Shown: piece after piece, positions 45,863 through 55,418 of the stretch
Layout of the letters: each line of letters opens with the position of its first letter
How positions within the stretch are numbered: the first letter of the stretch is position 1
Source of the DNA: a virus
Lineage: Duplodnaviria; Caudoviricetes
Direction: 5' to 3' (one strand)
Length of the DNA: 64,000 nucleotides
Virus record (IMG/VR): IMGVR_UViG_2765236019_000001
Coordinates: 11,054 to 75,053 of that record
Translations under genes and position numbers: made by a program
The notes under the pieces: generated by a model
What the model was told of the DNA's origin: nothing
The model's input: the letters and a program-made list of their open reading frames with translations, nothing else
Database searches by the model: none

Positions 45863-46156
45863 TCACTTGGCAGACGCCTGATTTTCTTCACACTCGTCTT
45901 CATCTATGCAGGCGGGCGTGATATTTACAGCGCCGGTGTAGTCGTCGTGGTAAATCCAGACCTCAATCTGGTCGTACCGCCGTGGCACATGACAAACCGC
46001 ACACCGAAAAATCGCTGGGTCGTCACCGAGCGCTGCCTCACACTTAGCGTCACAGAGTTTTGCAGCATCGTATTTAGAACTCTGACACCAGCTACGAACC
46101 GTGCACTGGGCCAGGTCCAGGCAACTCATTGTCAGTGCTTTTCGATAGTCCGTCAT
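45863..46156 (-). CDS. Cys-rich hypothetical protein
   Basis: Many Cys including CAVC. Confidence 0.5.
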   Translation of the reverse strand: MTDYRKALTMSCLDLAQCTVRSWCQSSKYDAAKLCDAKCEAALGDDPAIFRCAVCHVPRRYDQIEVWIYHDDYTGAVNITPACIDEDECEENQASAK

Positions 46157-46363
46157 AAACCGGGAAATTCCGAGACGACTGATGGGGACTAGACAGGTAC
46201 AGAACCAGCAAGAATACAGAACACTCCCCTGGACATCCCAATCGTCACCCATCACCGTCCCCCTACCTACGAGCCCGACTTCTGATACCCCGACCCCTTG
46301 CAAGACCGACAAATAATGGTCACGACTTTCCCTCGCTGAATAGTGATGATCCGCTTTTTGCCC

Positions 46364-46774
46364 TCACATTCCTTGCAGAACTCGACCTTCACTCCATGCC
46401 CCTCTTTTCTCTTCGTCGTGCTCGTACGGACAGGCAGAGCCTGTACGAGGACATGCGATCAACGCGATGTGCACGTACTTCTCTCGGTCAGAGACGTATT
46501 GGGTCATGACATCTTGTCCCGCCCACATACGGCTCCGCGCAGTCTCTTCGAATGCGGACGCCTCAATTCCACGAGGATCTGGCCTGTAGACACTGAGCCG
46601 CTCCATGTACCACTTAATAGCAGCATGAGGGTCATCAAATCTTCCCGCGTGCAGCTCATGCGGCTTTTTGAGCCATTCCCCTCGGACCATTGGGGGTACC
46701 GCGATCGAGGAGTCGCGGCGTTCTTCGGCGCTAGGCAAAAAATGCCCGGACCAGATGTATCCGTGGTAGTGCAT
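46364..46774 (-). CDS. Streptomyces hypothetical protein (HYHGY.W.G family)
   Basis: GGTGGAG RBS; PP...WL.K motif. Confidence 0.7.
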   Translation of the reverse strand: MHYHGYIWSGHFLPSAEERRDSSIAVPPMVRGEWLKKPHELHAGRFDDPHAAIKWYMERLSVYRPDPRGIEASAFEETARSRMWAGQDVMTQYVSDREKYVHIALIACPRTGSACPYEHDEEKRGAWSEGRVLQGM

Positions 46775-46877
46775 TACTCCACCTAGAGATATCCGTGCCG
46801 AGAGATAATTTCGCTCACCACGAAGCTCACCAACAGCCAGAGGAAAATCACGACGAGACACCCGACCCCGATGTACG

Positions 46878-47438
46878 TCACCGAGGCACAAGGCTCAGTG
46901 CTCGATGCACCCTGGCCCTCAGCAGATTGTCCAGGCTCAGGAGAGGTGTCCATCTGCGCACTGCCGGAATCCCTATCGGCACCTGCGAGGACAGGGTGCG
47001 GAACAGGAAATGGACGGTGTAGACGACCTGAGCGGGGAGGCATTTCTCCGGATTCGCACGCACACGGCTAACATCGATCAACAGGGGGCACCGATCCTTC
47101 GGGGCCACCCAGACCTGATCCAGCCCGGTCGACCCCACCAATGAGCTGTACGTCAGCGAAAGAAGGTCTTCCGCATCGCACTCGGCCATCGCGACGAATT
47201 CCTGGTGCATGACCCAGTCCCGTATCCCGACGTCCCAGAAATGAAGGACCGCCTGGAACTCGTTGACCACCACTGCCGACACCACGATGATCGGACACTG
47301 CTCACAGGCCGCATCCCCACCATCGGCATGCCGATGAGACTCCAACGCCTCCACCAACACGCTGAGCCGGTCTCCCTCGTGAGGGTGGGCCGCCAGATAG
47401 CTCTCGACGGCCGTCGCCAACAGGCACCGCATGCTCAT
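46878..47438 (-). CDS. Degenerate NUDIX-fold protein
   Basis: YL..HP.E..RL and P..IDV...ANPEK..P flanks kept; Nudix box absent. Confidence 0.6.
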   Translation of the reverse strand: MSMRCLLATAVESYLAAHPHEGDRLSVLVEALESHRHADGGDAACEQCPIIVVSAVVVNEFQAVLHFWDVGIRDWVMHQEFVAMAECDAEDLLSLTYSSLVGSTGLDQVWVAPKDRCPLLIDVSRVRANPEKCLPAQVVYTVHFLFRTLSSQVPIGIPAVRRWTPLLSLDNLLRARVHRALSLVPR

Positions 47439-47791
47439 GGAGCCACCTCCAGCAGCAGACACGGGATGTCGAGCCGGAGACAAGAGACTTCGCGCACGCG
47501 CCCCACCACCCAAAAAGACGGGCCCTTCCCCACTGTGTCGTACGGCGCCGAGGTATACCCATCGAGCCATTCACCTCGCCTGCCGAGCGAGGCTCGGAGC
47601 CCGCGAATCACTGGTCGCCGAGCCTCGCTCGGCAGGCCACTCAGCAGCTCCTGCACGACCGCGTCGAGCCACAGCAGCGCTTCCTTCGGGGAGTCGAGGA
47701 CCAGCTCGTGGCGCACAGCGCAGGGCGCAGTAGAGAGGCGGCTGACCACCGCGGCCAAGTAACGCGGCGTCACCTCGGTCGGAATACTCAT
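47435..47791 (-). CDS. Hypothetical protein (SP..A..WL family)
   Basis: ATGA coupling to the ATP-binding gene. Confidence 0.6.
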   Translation of the reverse strand: MSIPTEVTPRYLAAVVSRLSTAPCAVRHELVLDSPKEALLWLDAVVQELLSGLPSEARRPVIRGLRASLGRRGEWLDGYTSAPYDTVGKGPSFWVVGRVREVSCLRLDIPCLLLEVAP

Positions 47792-48222
47792 GCGGAGCAC
47801 CTCGCCAAGGAGCGCCGCCCTTCAGGCAACTCTGCCGGTGCGATGAGTGTGGCGCAGACGTCCTTGCCGTTCTCCACCGGTATGGCCTCCCACTTGTCGG
47901 AGAGCTGCTCGACGATGCGCATCCCCCGACCTCCAAGAGACGCCCACCCAGGGTCGGCGAGCACCGGGAGTTCGGAGGACCGATCGCGCACCGTGATGAA
48001 AAGGGACTGGCCTTCTACCGCAAGCGTGAGCACCGCGTATCCGTCCGCATGGTGCAGAACGTTCGTCAGAAGCTCGGTCACCACCGCCTCGGCAGGCTCC
48101 GCGAGAGCCTCCAGCTCCCACCGGCGCACGTAGGACGCGACCAGCTTGCGGACGGACCGGAGCCGCGCCGGGTCGACGTTGAAGGCGAGCTTGAACCGCT
48201 CCTGGCGCATGATTTGACACAT
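47788..48222 (-). CDS. AbaA/RsbW-like HATPase_c ATP-binding protein
   Basis: VTELLTNV..H, V.D, GRGM.IV..LS..W, GK.V. Confidence 0.9.
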   Translation of the reverse strand: MCQIMRQERFKLAFNVDPARLRSVRKLVASYVRRWELEALAEPAEAVVTELLTNVLHHADGYAVLTLAVEGQSLFITVRDRSSELPVLADPGWASLGGRGMRIVEQLSDKWEAIPVENGKDVCATLIAPAELPEGRRSLARCSA

Positions 48223-48429
48223 AGTCAGCGACCTCCCTAGGTCAACCGCCGCTGGAGCCCGCCCAGGTGGCCAAGACAGGGACCATCAAGTCGCGGCAGT
48301 GAGGCCATGGTTGCTTGCGAGCAACATTTCTCGCAAGCTCTCTCACTAGAAAGAGTGCCGACGAGCAAGATTGGCATATGCCAAGCGCTCCACAGCCGGT
48401 ACCCTGCGTGGTTACGGGAGGTAGACGGG

Positions 48430-49320
48430 ATGACTGACGCACAACCAAACGTGCATCGGCGCCGACTCGGCTTGGCGCTCAGGGCCCTACGTAAGCGGGT
48501 CACCCTTCCCGACAGGGAGGACGGGGCCCTCACCCTCGCTGATGCAGCCGAGATGATAGGGCTGGCAGGGCAGTCCGCACTGAGCAAGATCGAGAGCGGC
48601 AAGCAGCGAGTGCCACTCAGTACCCTGCCGAGCTACTTCGCGGCATACGGAGTCGACGACCCCGCTGTCCAAGAGGAGTTGCGGACGCTCGCTACCCTCG
48701 CGTCAAGCGGCAAACGGTCAAATCTGCTCAACCAGTTCAAAGGGCCCCTGCCCGACCCCTTCGCGGAGTATCTGCACCTGGAGGAGCTGGCACACAAGAG
48801 CGAGGTGTATACCCTGATCATCCCCGGCCTCCTCCAGCACACGGAGTACGCCGAGGCGATCATTCGGCGCAGTCGTCAGTGGGAGTCCAACCGAGAGATC
48901 CGAAACTACGTCAACCTGCGGCTGGAGCGTCAACGTGCTCTGCACAGGGATGATCCCCTTCAGCTCTGGTGCATCATCGATGAGGCCGCCCTACACCGCA
49001 AGGTTGGCGGCCCGGAGGTGATGAAGGCCCAACTCCAGCACCTGGTGGACCTCTCGGACGAGCACCCGCACGTCACCATCCAGGTGCTGCCATTCGAGGC
49101 CGGACCGCATGCTGGTATCGACGGGGCCTTCACTCTCCTACACTTCCCAGCAGGGCCGCCTGTCGTGGTGGTCGAGCCGATGACGACTCACCTCTACCTG
49201 GAGGACGACAGCGACCTCGGACGCTATGAGACCTGCATCAGCCACTTGAAGGCTGAGGCGCTCGACCCGGACAGCAGCCGCCAGTTCATCATCAAACTGA
49301 TCAAGGAAAAATACCTATGA
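48430..49320 (+). CDS. XRE HTH + DUF5753 regulator (WhiJ-like)
   Basis: RRRLG..LR.LR, SKIESG, IPGLLQ..YA, IDEAAL, IQVLPF. Confidence 0.93.
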   Translation: MTDAQPNVHRRRLGLALRALRKRVTLPDREDGALTLADAAEMIGLAGQSALSKIESGKQRVPLSTLPSYFAAYGVDDPAVQEELRTLATLASSGKRSNLLNQFKGPLPDPFAEYLHLEELAHKSEVYTLIIPGLLQHTEYAEAIIRRSRQWESNREIRNYVNLRLERQRALHRDDPLQLWCIIDEAALHRKVGGPEVMKAQLQHLVDLSDEHPHVTIQVLPFEAGPHAGIDGAFTLLHFPAGPPVVVVEPMTTHLYLEDDSDLGRYETCISHLKAEALDPDSSRQFIIKLIKEKYL

Positions 49321-49544
49321 AGAAGTCGGTCGACCTCACGAACGCTGTGTGGACGAAGAGCGACTACAGCAACGGCAGTGGCGCTAATTGCGTCGAGGTC
49401 GCCTTCGTTGACGGATTCGTAGCCATCCGTGATTCCAACGACGCGGACGACCCCACCATCAAGCCGACGATCGTCTCGGAACAGGACTACCGGTTCTTTA
49501 CTCGCAGCATTCAGGAGGGCCAGGAGGGCCTCCTTCTGCCGTGA
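49317..49544 (+). CDS. DUF397 (BldB-like) protein
   Basis: W.KS.YS...NCVEVA, V.IRDS. Confidence 0.93.
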   Translation: MKKSVDLTNAVWTKSDYSNGSGANCVEVAFVDGFVAIRDSNDADDPTIKPTIVSEQDYRFFTRSIQEGQEGLLLP

Positions 49545-49553
49545 GGAATCTCT

Positions 49554-49598
49554 AGGAACACAAAAACCCCAGGGCTCGCCTGGGGTTTTTGTGTTCCT
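49554..49598. terminator. Bidirectional terminator between DUF397 and capsid genes
   Basis: 20-bp perfect stem AGGAACACAAAAACCCCAGG/CCTGGGGTTTTTGTGTTCCT. Confidence 0.88.
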
Positions 49599-49613
49599 CT
49601 CGAAGATGCGGAA

Positions 49614-50597
49614 TCAGTTCGTCTCGATCGTCACTACGGACTGATCCGTAATCATCCCCATGCCGTAGATGCTGTACCACGCTAGAGCGTGCTCTCGGCC
49701 AAAATCGAGCACACCGCCGTCGCGGAGTTCGACCGGCAGCGAGATCGCATGGCCGAAGGCGTTGTCCCCGATCATTGAGGACTGGTAGACGGTCTTGCCG
49801 TCCTTGTTCGTGACCTGGCGGACCTGTGTGGTCTCGATGAAAATGACGTCGTCGATTCGGCCGATTTCCCCCAGAGAGAAATTCCCAGGGGACGCGTATT
49901 TGGTCGCCTCGATCCAGCTGGGGTCCTCACGCAGCCACCGGCTCTGGTGCGGGTGCACGAAGCACACGTAGGTATCGCCGAGCCTCGGGATGTTCTTCGA
50001 GGCAAGTGTCTCGACGCCATCCTTGACGACGGCCGAGGTGAAAAAGTGCTCGGTGAGACCGTCTCGACCGACAGCGTTCTGTCCCTTGTCATAGGGTGAC
50101 ATGTTCGTGATCGGCTGCCCCGGCTTGAACTTATCACGGCCGTAAAGAACGCTCGTCGCGCCCAGAAGGACATCGCGGCACTGGCCGTCCAGGTACATCG
50201 CCATATTCCGGCCCAGCAGACGGCTGGCGCTCGCCATGACGTCGTCGAAAGAAGCGTTCAGCAGCAGCTCCGAGACCGCGACGGCGGCTCCGTGCTCCGC
50301 GACCGTAATCGAAAACTGGCTCGCGGAAAGGGCCTGGGTTTCCATGCGGACACCCTCAACAAGCTGCCGCGCTCCCTCCAGGTTGTTGTACCGCATAAAA
50401 TTGATCTGAAGCCCCGGCGCGACCCCGAGTTCGGTCTTCTTCACAGCGAACTGCTCGTAGCGCAAGATCGGCATCGACTGGAACAGGATTTCCTTGCTCC
50501 AGATGGTCTGGATAGCCGGGGTCAGCTGAGTGTTGGAGCCAGGGTAGGCAGTCGGGTTCGCACCGAGCTGGCCAGTACCAGTGATCGCAGATGGCAT
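49614..50597 (-). CDS. Major capsid protein (N4-gp56 type, HK97 fold)
   Basis: IWSKEIL, L.EG, E.G..V..SE, VHP.Q...LR, GEIGR...V.FIET. Confidence 0.93.
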   Translation of the reverse strand: MPSAITGTGQLGANPTAYPGSNTQLTPAIQTIWSKEILFQSMPILRYEQFAVKKTELGVAPGLQINFMRYNNLEGARQLVEGVRMETQALSASQFSITVAEHGAAVAVSELLLNASFDDVMASASRLLGRNMAMYLDGQCRDVLLGATSVLYGRDKFKPGQPITNMSPYDKGQNAVGRDGLTEHFFTSAVVKDGVETLASKNIPRLGDTYVCFVHPHQSRWLREDPSWIEATKYASPGNFSLGEIGRIDDVIFIETTQVRQVTNKDGKTVYQSSMIGDNAFGHAISLPVELRDGGVLDFGREHALAWYSIYGMGMITDQSVVTIETN

Positions 50598-50694
50598 ATC
50601 GTGTCCTCCTGGTGTAGACGATAAAGACCGGTCTTACGCTCTAACTGGCACACCGTGTCTGGATCCGCCAAGGCGTACGCTGCCGTCCAGATTT

Positions 50695-50724
50695 AGTGTG
50701 ATCGGCCCGCGGAATAATCTGTTA
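50695..50724 (-). promoter_or_regulatory. Phage promoter motif TAAC-N20-CACACT
   Basis: Upstream of major capsid gene. Confidence 0.65.
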
Positions 50725-50788
50725 CCCGAATAGGTACAAACACAAGGACACCCACCTCTCATGAACAGAAAGATGGGTGTCATATTCT

Positions 50789-51583
50789 TCAGCCGAACAT
50801 TCCGCGGTCACCGGACGACGATGCAATGCCAGGGATCTGCTTTCGTACCTCTGCCCACCGAGACATCGGCATCGTCGATATCTCCTCCACGGAGAGCTGG
50901 CGGGTGTCTCCCATGGCACCGCCGGGCCCGATGCCGTAGCCAGTGGGCTGGGTGCCCCGCATCTGGGCACGGGCCTGGGTCTGGGCGGCCTGGATGCTCT
51001 GCACAATGGCGGCCGACTTGGCGGCCATGGCGGCGATCGACTCGTCGATCTCCTCCTTGGTGTTTCCCGTCACCAGGTCCTGCAACTCGGGGGCGATATT
51101 GTCGGCCGCCTGCGCCAGCGCGGCCGATCGGTAGCTCTGAAGCTCCGCAAATTCCCGCTCCTTGGCAGCCAGGGCATCCCGCTCAGCAATCTGCTTCTGG
51201 AGATCGGCCAGCTTGGCTTCCCACTCCTTTTCCTTTTCAGCAAGAAGGGTTTTCGCAGTCAGCTCGGACCGTCGCTTTCGCTCGGCCTCTTCCTCGGCGA
51301 CACGCTGCGCCTCGGCAGCCGCCTCCTCGTCCGCCTTGCGCTTTGCCTCGCGCTGCTGTAGATCCGTCGCCAGCTTGTCCAGTACTTCCTGCTGCGACTC
51401 AAGGCGGTTCGTGAGCGTTTCGCGTTCCTGCTGGCGCGCTCGGGCGATGTCGTCCTCGGTGAGCGCCTTTGGCGCCTCGATACCCTGCTCCGGAGGAGGG
51501 ACCATTACGGTGATGGTCTCCCCGGTCGGCTCGGACGTCTGCGGAGCGGAAGAGGCCGGGGCGGTCGGTTCGGTGTTCGGCAT
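50789..51583 (-). CDS. Capsid scaffolding protein
   Basis: Long coiled coil between portal and capsid genes. Confidence 0.8.
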   Translation of the reverse strand: MPNTEPTAPASSAPQTSEPTGETITVMVPPPEQGIEAPKALTEDDIARARQQERETLTNRLESQQEVLDKLATDLQQREAKRKADEEAAAEAQRVAEEEAERKRRSELTAKTLLAEKEKEWEAKLADLQKQIAERDALAAKEREFAELQSYRSAALAQAADNIAPELQDLVTGNTKEEIDESIAAMAAKSAAIVQSIQAAQTQARAQMRGTQPTGYGIGPGGAMGDTRQLSVEEISTMPMSRWAEVRKQIPGIASSSGDRGMFG

Positions 51584-51601
51584 GGCTACATCCTCACGTC
51601 A

Positions 51602-53293
51602 TCAACTGTCTTGCTCGGATTCGGAGTTCTGCGGACTGCGCTGGTCCTTTGGGTTGTGCGCCATGGTCACAACGCTGTCGAATATTTTTTTGGCGTCCAT
51701 CCCGAGTTTCAGAGAGAATCCCGAATCATCAGGGCTTCCCGCTGGCTTTGCCGGAGCGACCTTGTTGTCAGTGTGCGGCTTCTCCGGCGGGATGCCCGCG
51801 GCTTCGAAAATACCAGCGTCAATGGACGCCTTGATAAAGTCCAAGGCTCCCTGGGCCATGACATCCTGCCTCTGCTCTTCCTCGATTTCCCGCAGCTTCT
51901 CGTCGGGAAATTCGACACCGAGTTCGTTGAGGGCGGAACGTTTGCTCTCCAAGCCGAGAGCCATCTTCAGCTGGATTTCATTGAGTTTGACGATGTTGTC
52001 AACAGGCAGCGGACTGGGCCAGACGACGTCGGCCTGGTACGCCTCGGGGTCGTGGACATCGATGATGGTCGGCTGGCTGGGGTCCTTCTTGATGCCCTCG
52101 GTGACGGGGTCGTAGGCGCGGGTTTCCGGCTCGTACGTGTAGAGGGTGAGGAGGACCAGGTCGTTGATCCGCTTGAAGCCGCTGCCGTATTGCATTTGTT
52201 TGAGGCTGGCCCGCTGGACCAAGGGGAAATGTTGGATTGCGAGCGCCACGCCTGATGTATTCGACACCGGCTGCGCCTTGCCGAGAGCGGTCTCGGGGAC
52301 GCCGCTCAGCTCGTGCATGCTGTTCTTCAGGATCCCCAGGTACTCAAGCGGTCCCTGGAGGTTCACGGCAGATTCAAGGTTGAATACGCTTGCATCCTTG
52401 GGTAGGCCGCCCCAGACCTTTTTGGGTCCCTTTTCGAGGTTCGTGGCCTTGGCGCCGGTGATGATGGTGACCGGGGCTGCGTGGTAGTTGATGATATCCG
52501 CGATGGCGTTCGTGATGTTGTTGTATTCGCGGTTGAGGGGGATGATGTCGTCGAGGTCGCTTTTCCCCCAGGGCGAGCCGGAGACGGCGATGTTGCGAAT
52601 ATGCACGATCGGGATAACGCCGATCGGGTTGGGTCGGTCGTCCACCAGGTCGTCGTTGATGTACTCCGATATCCGATCGTCCGTCAGGATTTCAGTGTAT
52701 GTATATGTGGTCCTGGTGCCGTCGGTCGAAGTGCCCCAGAACTTGTACTTGATCTTGACGCGGGTCAGCTTGTCTCGGTCATGCGGATGGTATTCCGGAA
52801 AAACATGGGCACTGGAGAGGGGAAGGATCCTGACCCTCCCGGGATGCTGGCGCCCAGCCTTGTCTTCCCAAGCCTCTTCGTAGGCGACTTTCACGAAGGC
52901 GTCTCCGGTGACTCCGCCGTTTTCGCCTATCTCGTAGAGAATCGACTTCTTGTCGTTGTCCTCTTCCCAGGCTCGCCGCAAGAGGGCTGGGATGATGTGG
53001 TCGAACTTCTTCTTGGTTTCGAACTGGATGCCGCGCCCGAACACGAAATGATTGACGTAGCGGCACAGCGCGCCTGTGTAGTTGATCGCGTTCTGGGTTT
53101 CTCCGGCCTCGCGTCGATACGAGTGGTGGAAACCGAGATAGAATGCCCAGTTGGTGGAGTAGCGGCTCAGACGCTGCCCGTGAACCTCGAATTCTTCGTC
53201 GCTGAGTTCGACCAGCCCCAGCGGCGAGATGGAAATGGCGAGATCGGAAGCGGCAGCTCGCATGGCCGGAGGATAGAACGCAACCGACGACAT
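51602..53293 (-). CDS. Portal protein (SPP1 gp6-like)
   Basis: IPIVHIRN, G.SDL, SG.AL, W..PLP motifs. Confidence 0.9.
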   Translation of the reverse strand: MSSVAFYPPAMRAAASDLAISISPLGLVELSDEEFEVHGQRLSRYSTNWAFYLGFHHSYRREAGETQNAINYTGALCRYVNHFVFGRGIQFETKKKFDHIIPALLRRAWEEDNDKKSILYEIGENGGVTGDAFVKVAYEEAWEDKAGRQHPGRVRILPLSSAHVFPEYHPHDRDKLTRVKIKYKFWGTSTDGTRTTYTYTEILTDDRISEYINDDLVDDRPNPIGVIPIVHIRNIAVSGSPWGKSDLDDIIPLNREYNNITNAIADIINYHAAPVTIITGAKATNLEKGPKKVWGGLPKDASVFNLESAVNLQGPLEYLGILKNSMHELSGVPETALGKAQPVSNTSGVALAIQHFPLVQRASLKQMQYGSGFKRINDLVLLTLYTYEPETRAYDPVTEGIKKDPSQPTIIDVHDPEAYQADVVWPSPLPVDNIVKLNEIQLKMALGLESKRSALNELGVEFPDEKLREIEEEQRQDVMAQGALDFIKASIDAGIFEAAGIPPEKPHTDNKVAPAKPAGSPDDSGFSLKLGMDAKKIFDSVVTMAHNPKDQRSPQNSESEQDS

Positions 53294-53330
53294 ACGGCCT
53301 CACTCACATCGTTCGACATCAGATGCGTAC

Positions 53331-53360
53331 ATTCTTGAGGCCGCTGCGCGATATCTGTTA
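53331..53360 (-). promoter_or_regulatory. Phage promoter motif TAAC-N20-AAGAAT
   Basis: Between terminator and portal gene. Confidence 0.7.
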
Positions 53361-53376
53361 GGCGCGGGAGTGAAGA

Positions 53377-53416
53377 AAACCCTCGCCTCGTCTTGCTGAG
53401 GCGAGGCGAGGGTTTC
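53377..53416 (-). terminator. Intrinsic terminator
   Basis: AAACCCTCGCCTCG...CGAGGCGAGGGTTT with T-run on the minus strand. Confidence 0.75.
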
Positions 53417-53431
53417 CCGGGTGTGCGTTTG

Positions 53432-53833
53432 CTACTCGGTAATCGTCGCGTAGTTCTTGCGGAACTGGTGGCTACCATCACGGATGGCCGCCTGGAACTT
53501 CAACTCCGCTCCGGACCCCGCGCCGTCGGCGAAGGGCTGGAGATATTCCGGCGCCTCCGGCCAGGAGGCCGAGCCGACATGGGCGCGGGCCTTGAGGGTT
53601 TCCTCGGACGGCTTCTTCCAGACGACCTTATTGTGATTCGGGCGTCCCGGAGCGGTCTCGTAGCCGGAGAGAACTCCCACCCCAAAATCATGCGGGACAT
53701 CTGTGTCAGTTCCGATTCCTTCTTCGAAGCGCAGGCGGCCCTTGCGTGCAGCGTTGGAGCCGGTCTTATTCGTGTACTCGGCCCGCCCCCTTTCGGCGAC
53801 GTCCGGGACCGGTGCGAGTGGGCTGGAGGGCAT
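53432..53833 (-). CDS. Phage hypothetical protein (LRFEEG..TDTDVP motif)
   Basis: 133 aa with its own promoter motif and terminator. Confidence 0.8.
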   Translation of the reverse strand: MPSSPLAPVPDVAERGRAEYTNKTGSNAARKGRLRFEEGIGTDTDVPHDFGVGVLSGYETAPGRPNHNKVVWKKPSEETLKARAHVGSASWPEAPEYLQPFADGAGSGAELKFQAAIRDGSHQFRKNYATITE

Positions 53834-53868
53834 ATCGGTACCTCAATCGTGGATGAGCACTCTCTTTC

Positions 53869-53897
53869 ATGATTGAGGTATTGGCCCCATTGTGTTA
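53869..53897 (-). promoter_or_regulatory. Variant phage promoter TAAC-N19-AATCAT
   Basis: Restarts transcription after island B. Confidence 0.5.
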
Positions 53898-53925
53898 TCG
53901 AGCGATGTGGGCCGGTGAGAACGCA

Positions 53926-53957
53926 GAGCAGGGCGGTGATGGTTCACCGCCCTGCTC
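53926..53957. terminator. Hairpin terminator at the end of island B
   Basis: GAGCAGGGCGGTGA-TGGT-TCACCGCCCTGCTC followed by T-run on the plus strand. Confidence 0.75.
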
Positions 53958-53985
53958 GTTTTTTGTTGTTGGTGGGCCGTCAGCG

Positions 53986-55041
53986 TTAGCTGGCGAGGGC
54001 CAGGTAGCTCGGGGTCATGAACAGCGCGGCGAAAGCTCCGGGTCCGAATCTGCCGTCGAGCCAGGCGCACAGCCCTCGCATGTCACCGCTGATCATGGCT
54101 GCGAGGATGGTGCTGTGCAGGCCGGATGCCTCCGGCCCGCCGATCCGGTCGAGGAAGCGCCCGTAGCGCCCGTTTACGGTTGCCTGGTACCGGCCCATGC
54201 TGCTGAGGTACAAGGTGTGCTCGGGGCCCTCCCCCGGTACTCCGGCGGCCAGTGCCGCGACGTCGCCCTCGGTGAGGCTGCCGGTCACGTCCCGGTAGGC
54301 ATACCGGTCGAGCCCGGCTGGCTCGGTGATGGCGTGGGTGTCAGCTGCTGCCCGGGTGATGGACCGCGCCTCTCGGTCGCAAGCCCCCTCCATCACGACA
54401 CCCAGGTTCCTCGTACTTTCGGCACCCTCTTTGTCCCGCGCCGAGTACGATCTCCCTTCCGCCGAACGGTAGTTGATGCCGTACTGGGTGCGCACCACCT
54501 CACCGTCACGCCACTGGTATCGGCGGGCACTGCCGTAGTGCAGGCAATCGTGGGCGTACCCGCGCAGCAGATCCAGCACTGCCAGCTCGGACGGTTCGGC
54601 GTTCATGTCCCCGTACGCGGTCACGAGCGCCACCATTTGCAGATGCCGGTATCCCTGGTTCGGGTGGTGGAATCCGCCGAATGCCTGCTGCCGGGTGGAG
54701 CTGACGGCGACCAAGAACCGGTCCGGGGGGAGAAACTGGGTCAGCCCGAGGTCTCCGTAGCGGGTGGTGAGGTCCGCGTAGCCGGTGTGCCACGCAGCGC
54801 AGTCCACGCCCTGCTGCTCCCATGTGCGGATGACCGTCGTCAGCGGCAGGAACTCGTGGTCGGGGTGCTGCTCTGCGGCGTAGGCGAGTGGGTTGGCGCG
54901 CAGGTTGGACAGGGCGTCCAGCAGAGGGCCAACCTGCGCGCCGGTGAGGGTTTCGCCGGGAGTCAGTTCCCGGTTTCTCCGAGGATCAGTTCCCGGTGGG
55001 AGGGCTGAAGTCCTGCGGGGAGAGAGGTCGGGGTGCACCAT
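53986..55041 (-). CDS. Hypothetical protein with gluzincin-like HDxxH...EG motif
   Basis: AHDCLHY and downstream MEGACDREA; GGAGG RBS. Confidence 0.65.
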   Translation of the reverse strand: MVHPDLSPRRTSALPPGTDPRRNRELTPGETLTGAQVGPLLDALSNLRANPLAYAAEQHPDHEFLPLTTVIRTWEQQGVDCAAWHTGYADLTTRYGDLGLTQFLPPDRFLVAVSSTRQQAFGGFHHPNQGYRHLQMVALVTAYGDMNAEPSELAVLDLLRGYAHDCLHYGSARRYQWRDGEVVRTQYGINYRSAEGRSYSARDKEGAESTRNLGVVMEGACDREARSITRAAADTHAITEPAGLDRYAYRDVTGSLTEGDVAALAAGVPGEGPEHTLYLSSMGRYQATVNGRYGRFLDRIGGPEASGLHSTILAAMISGDMRGLCAWLDGRFGPGAFAALFMTPSYLALAS

Positions 55042-55418
55042 TGCGCCTCCAGAATCTCGCTGCTGTCGATCTTGAGGGTCCCGCCGACGAGGGTGGCCTC
55101 GTATGCCACCTCGACGCGCAGTTTGTATCCGCTCTTGAGGTGGATGAGGCGGCCGGTTTTCACGTCCAGGCCGGTCTCCTCGTGGACCTCTCGCACCACC
55201 GTGTCGGCGAAGTCCTCGCCCCGGGTCGCGTAGCCGGTCGGCAGGCCCCAGGGCCGGTCTTGCGGCCACATACGGTGGCGGAGCAGGAGCACCCGGCCTT
55301 CGTGGTCACGGACTACGCCGGTCACGCCCACCATGTATTTCGCGTGGGCGAGCCAGAGGATGCGCCACTGCATCGGTCCTCGCAGTGCGCGCCAGACGCG
55401 GGCGACGATGGTCTTCAT
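54963..55418 (-). CDS. NUDIX hydrolase
   Basis: GLPTGYATRGEDFADTVVREVHEETGL Nudix box. Confidence 0.92.
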   Translation of the reverse strand: MKTIVARVWRALRGPMQWRILWLAHAKYMVGVTGVVRDHEGRVLLLRHRMWPQDRPWGLPTGYATRGEDFADTVVREVHEETGLDVKTGRLIHLKSGYKLRVEVAYEATLVGGTLKIDSSEILEAQWCTPTSLPAGLQPSHRELILGETGN

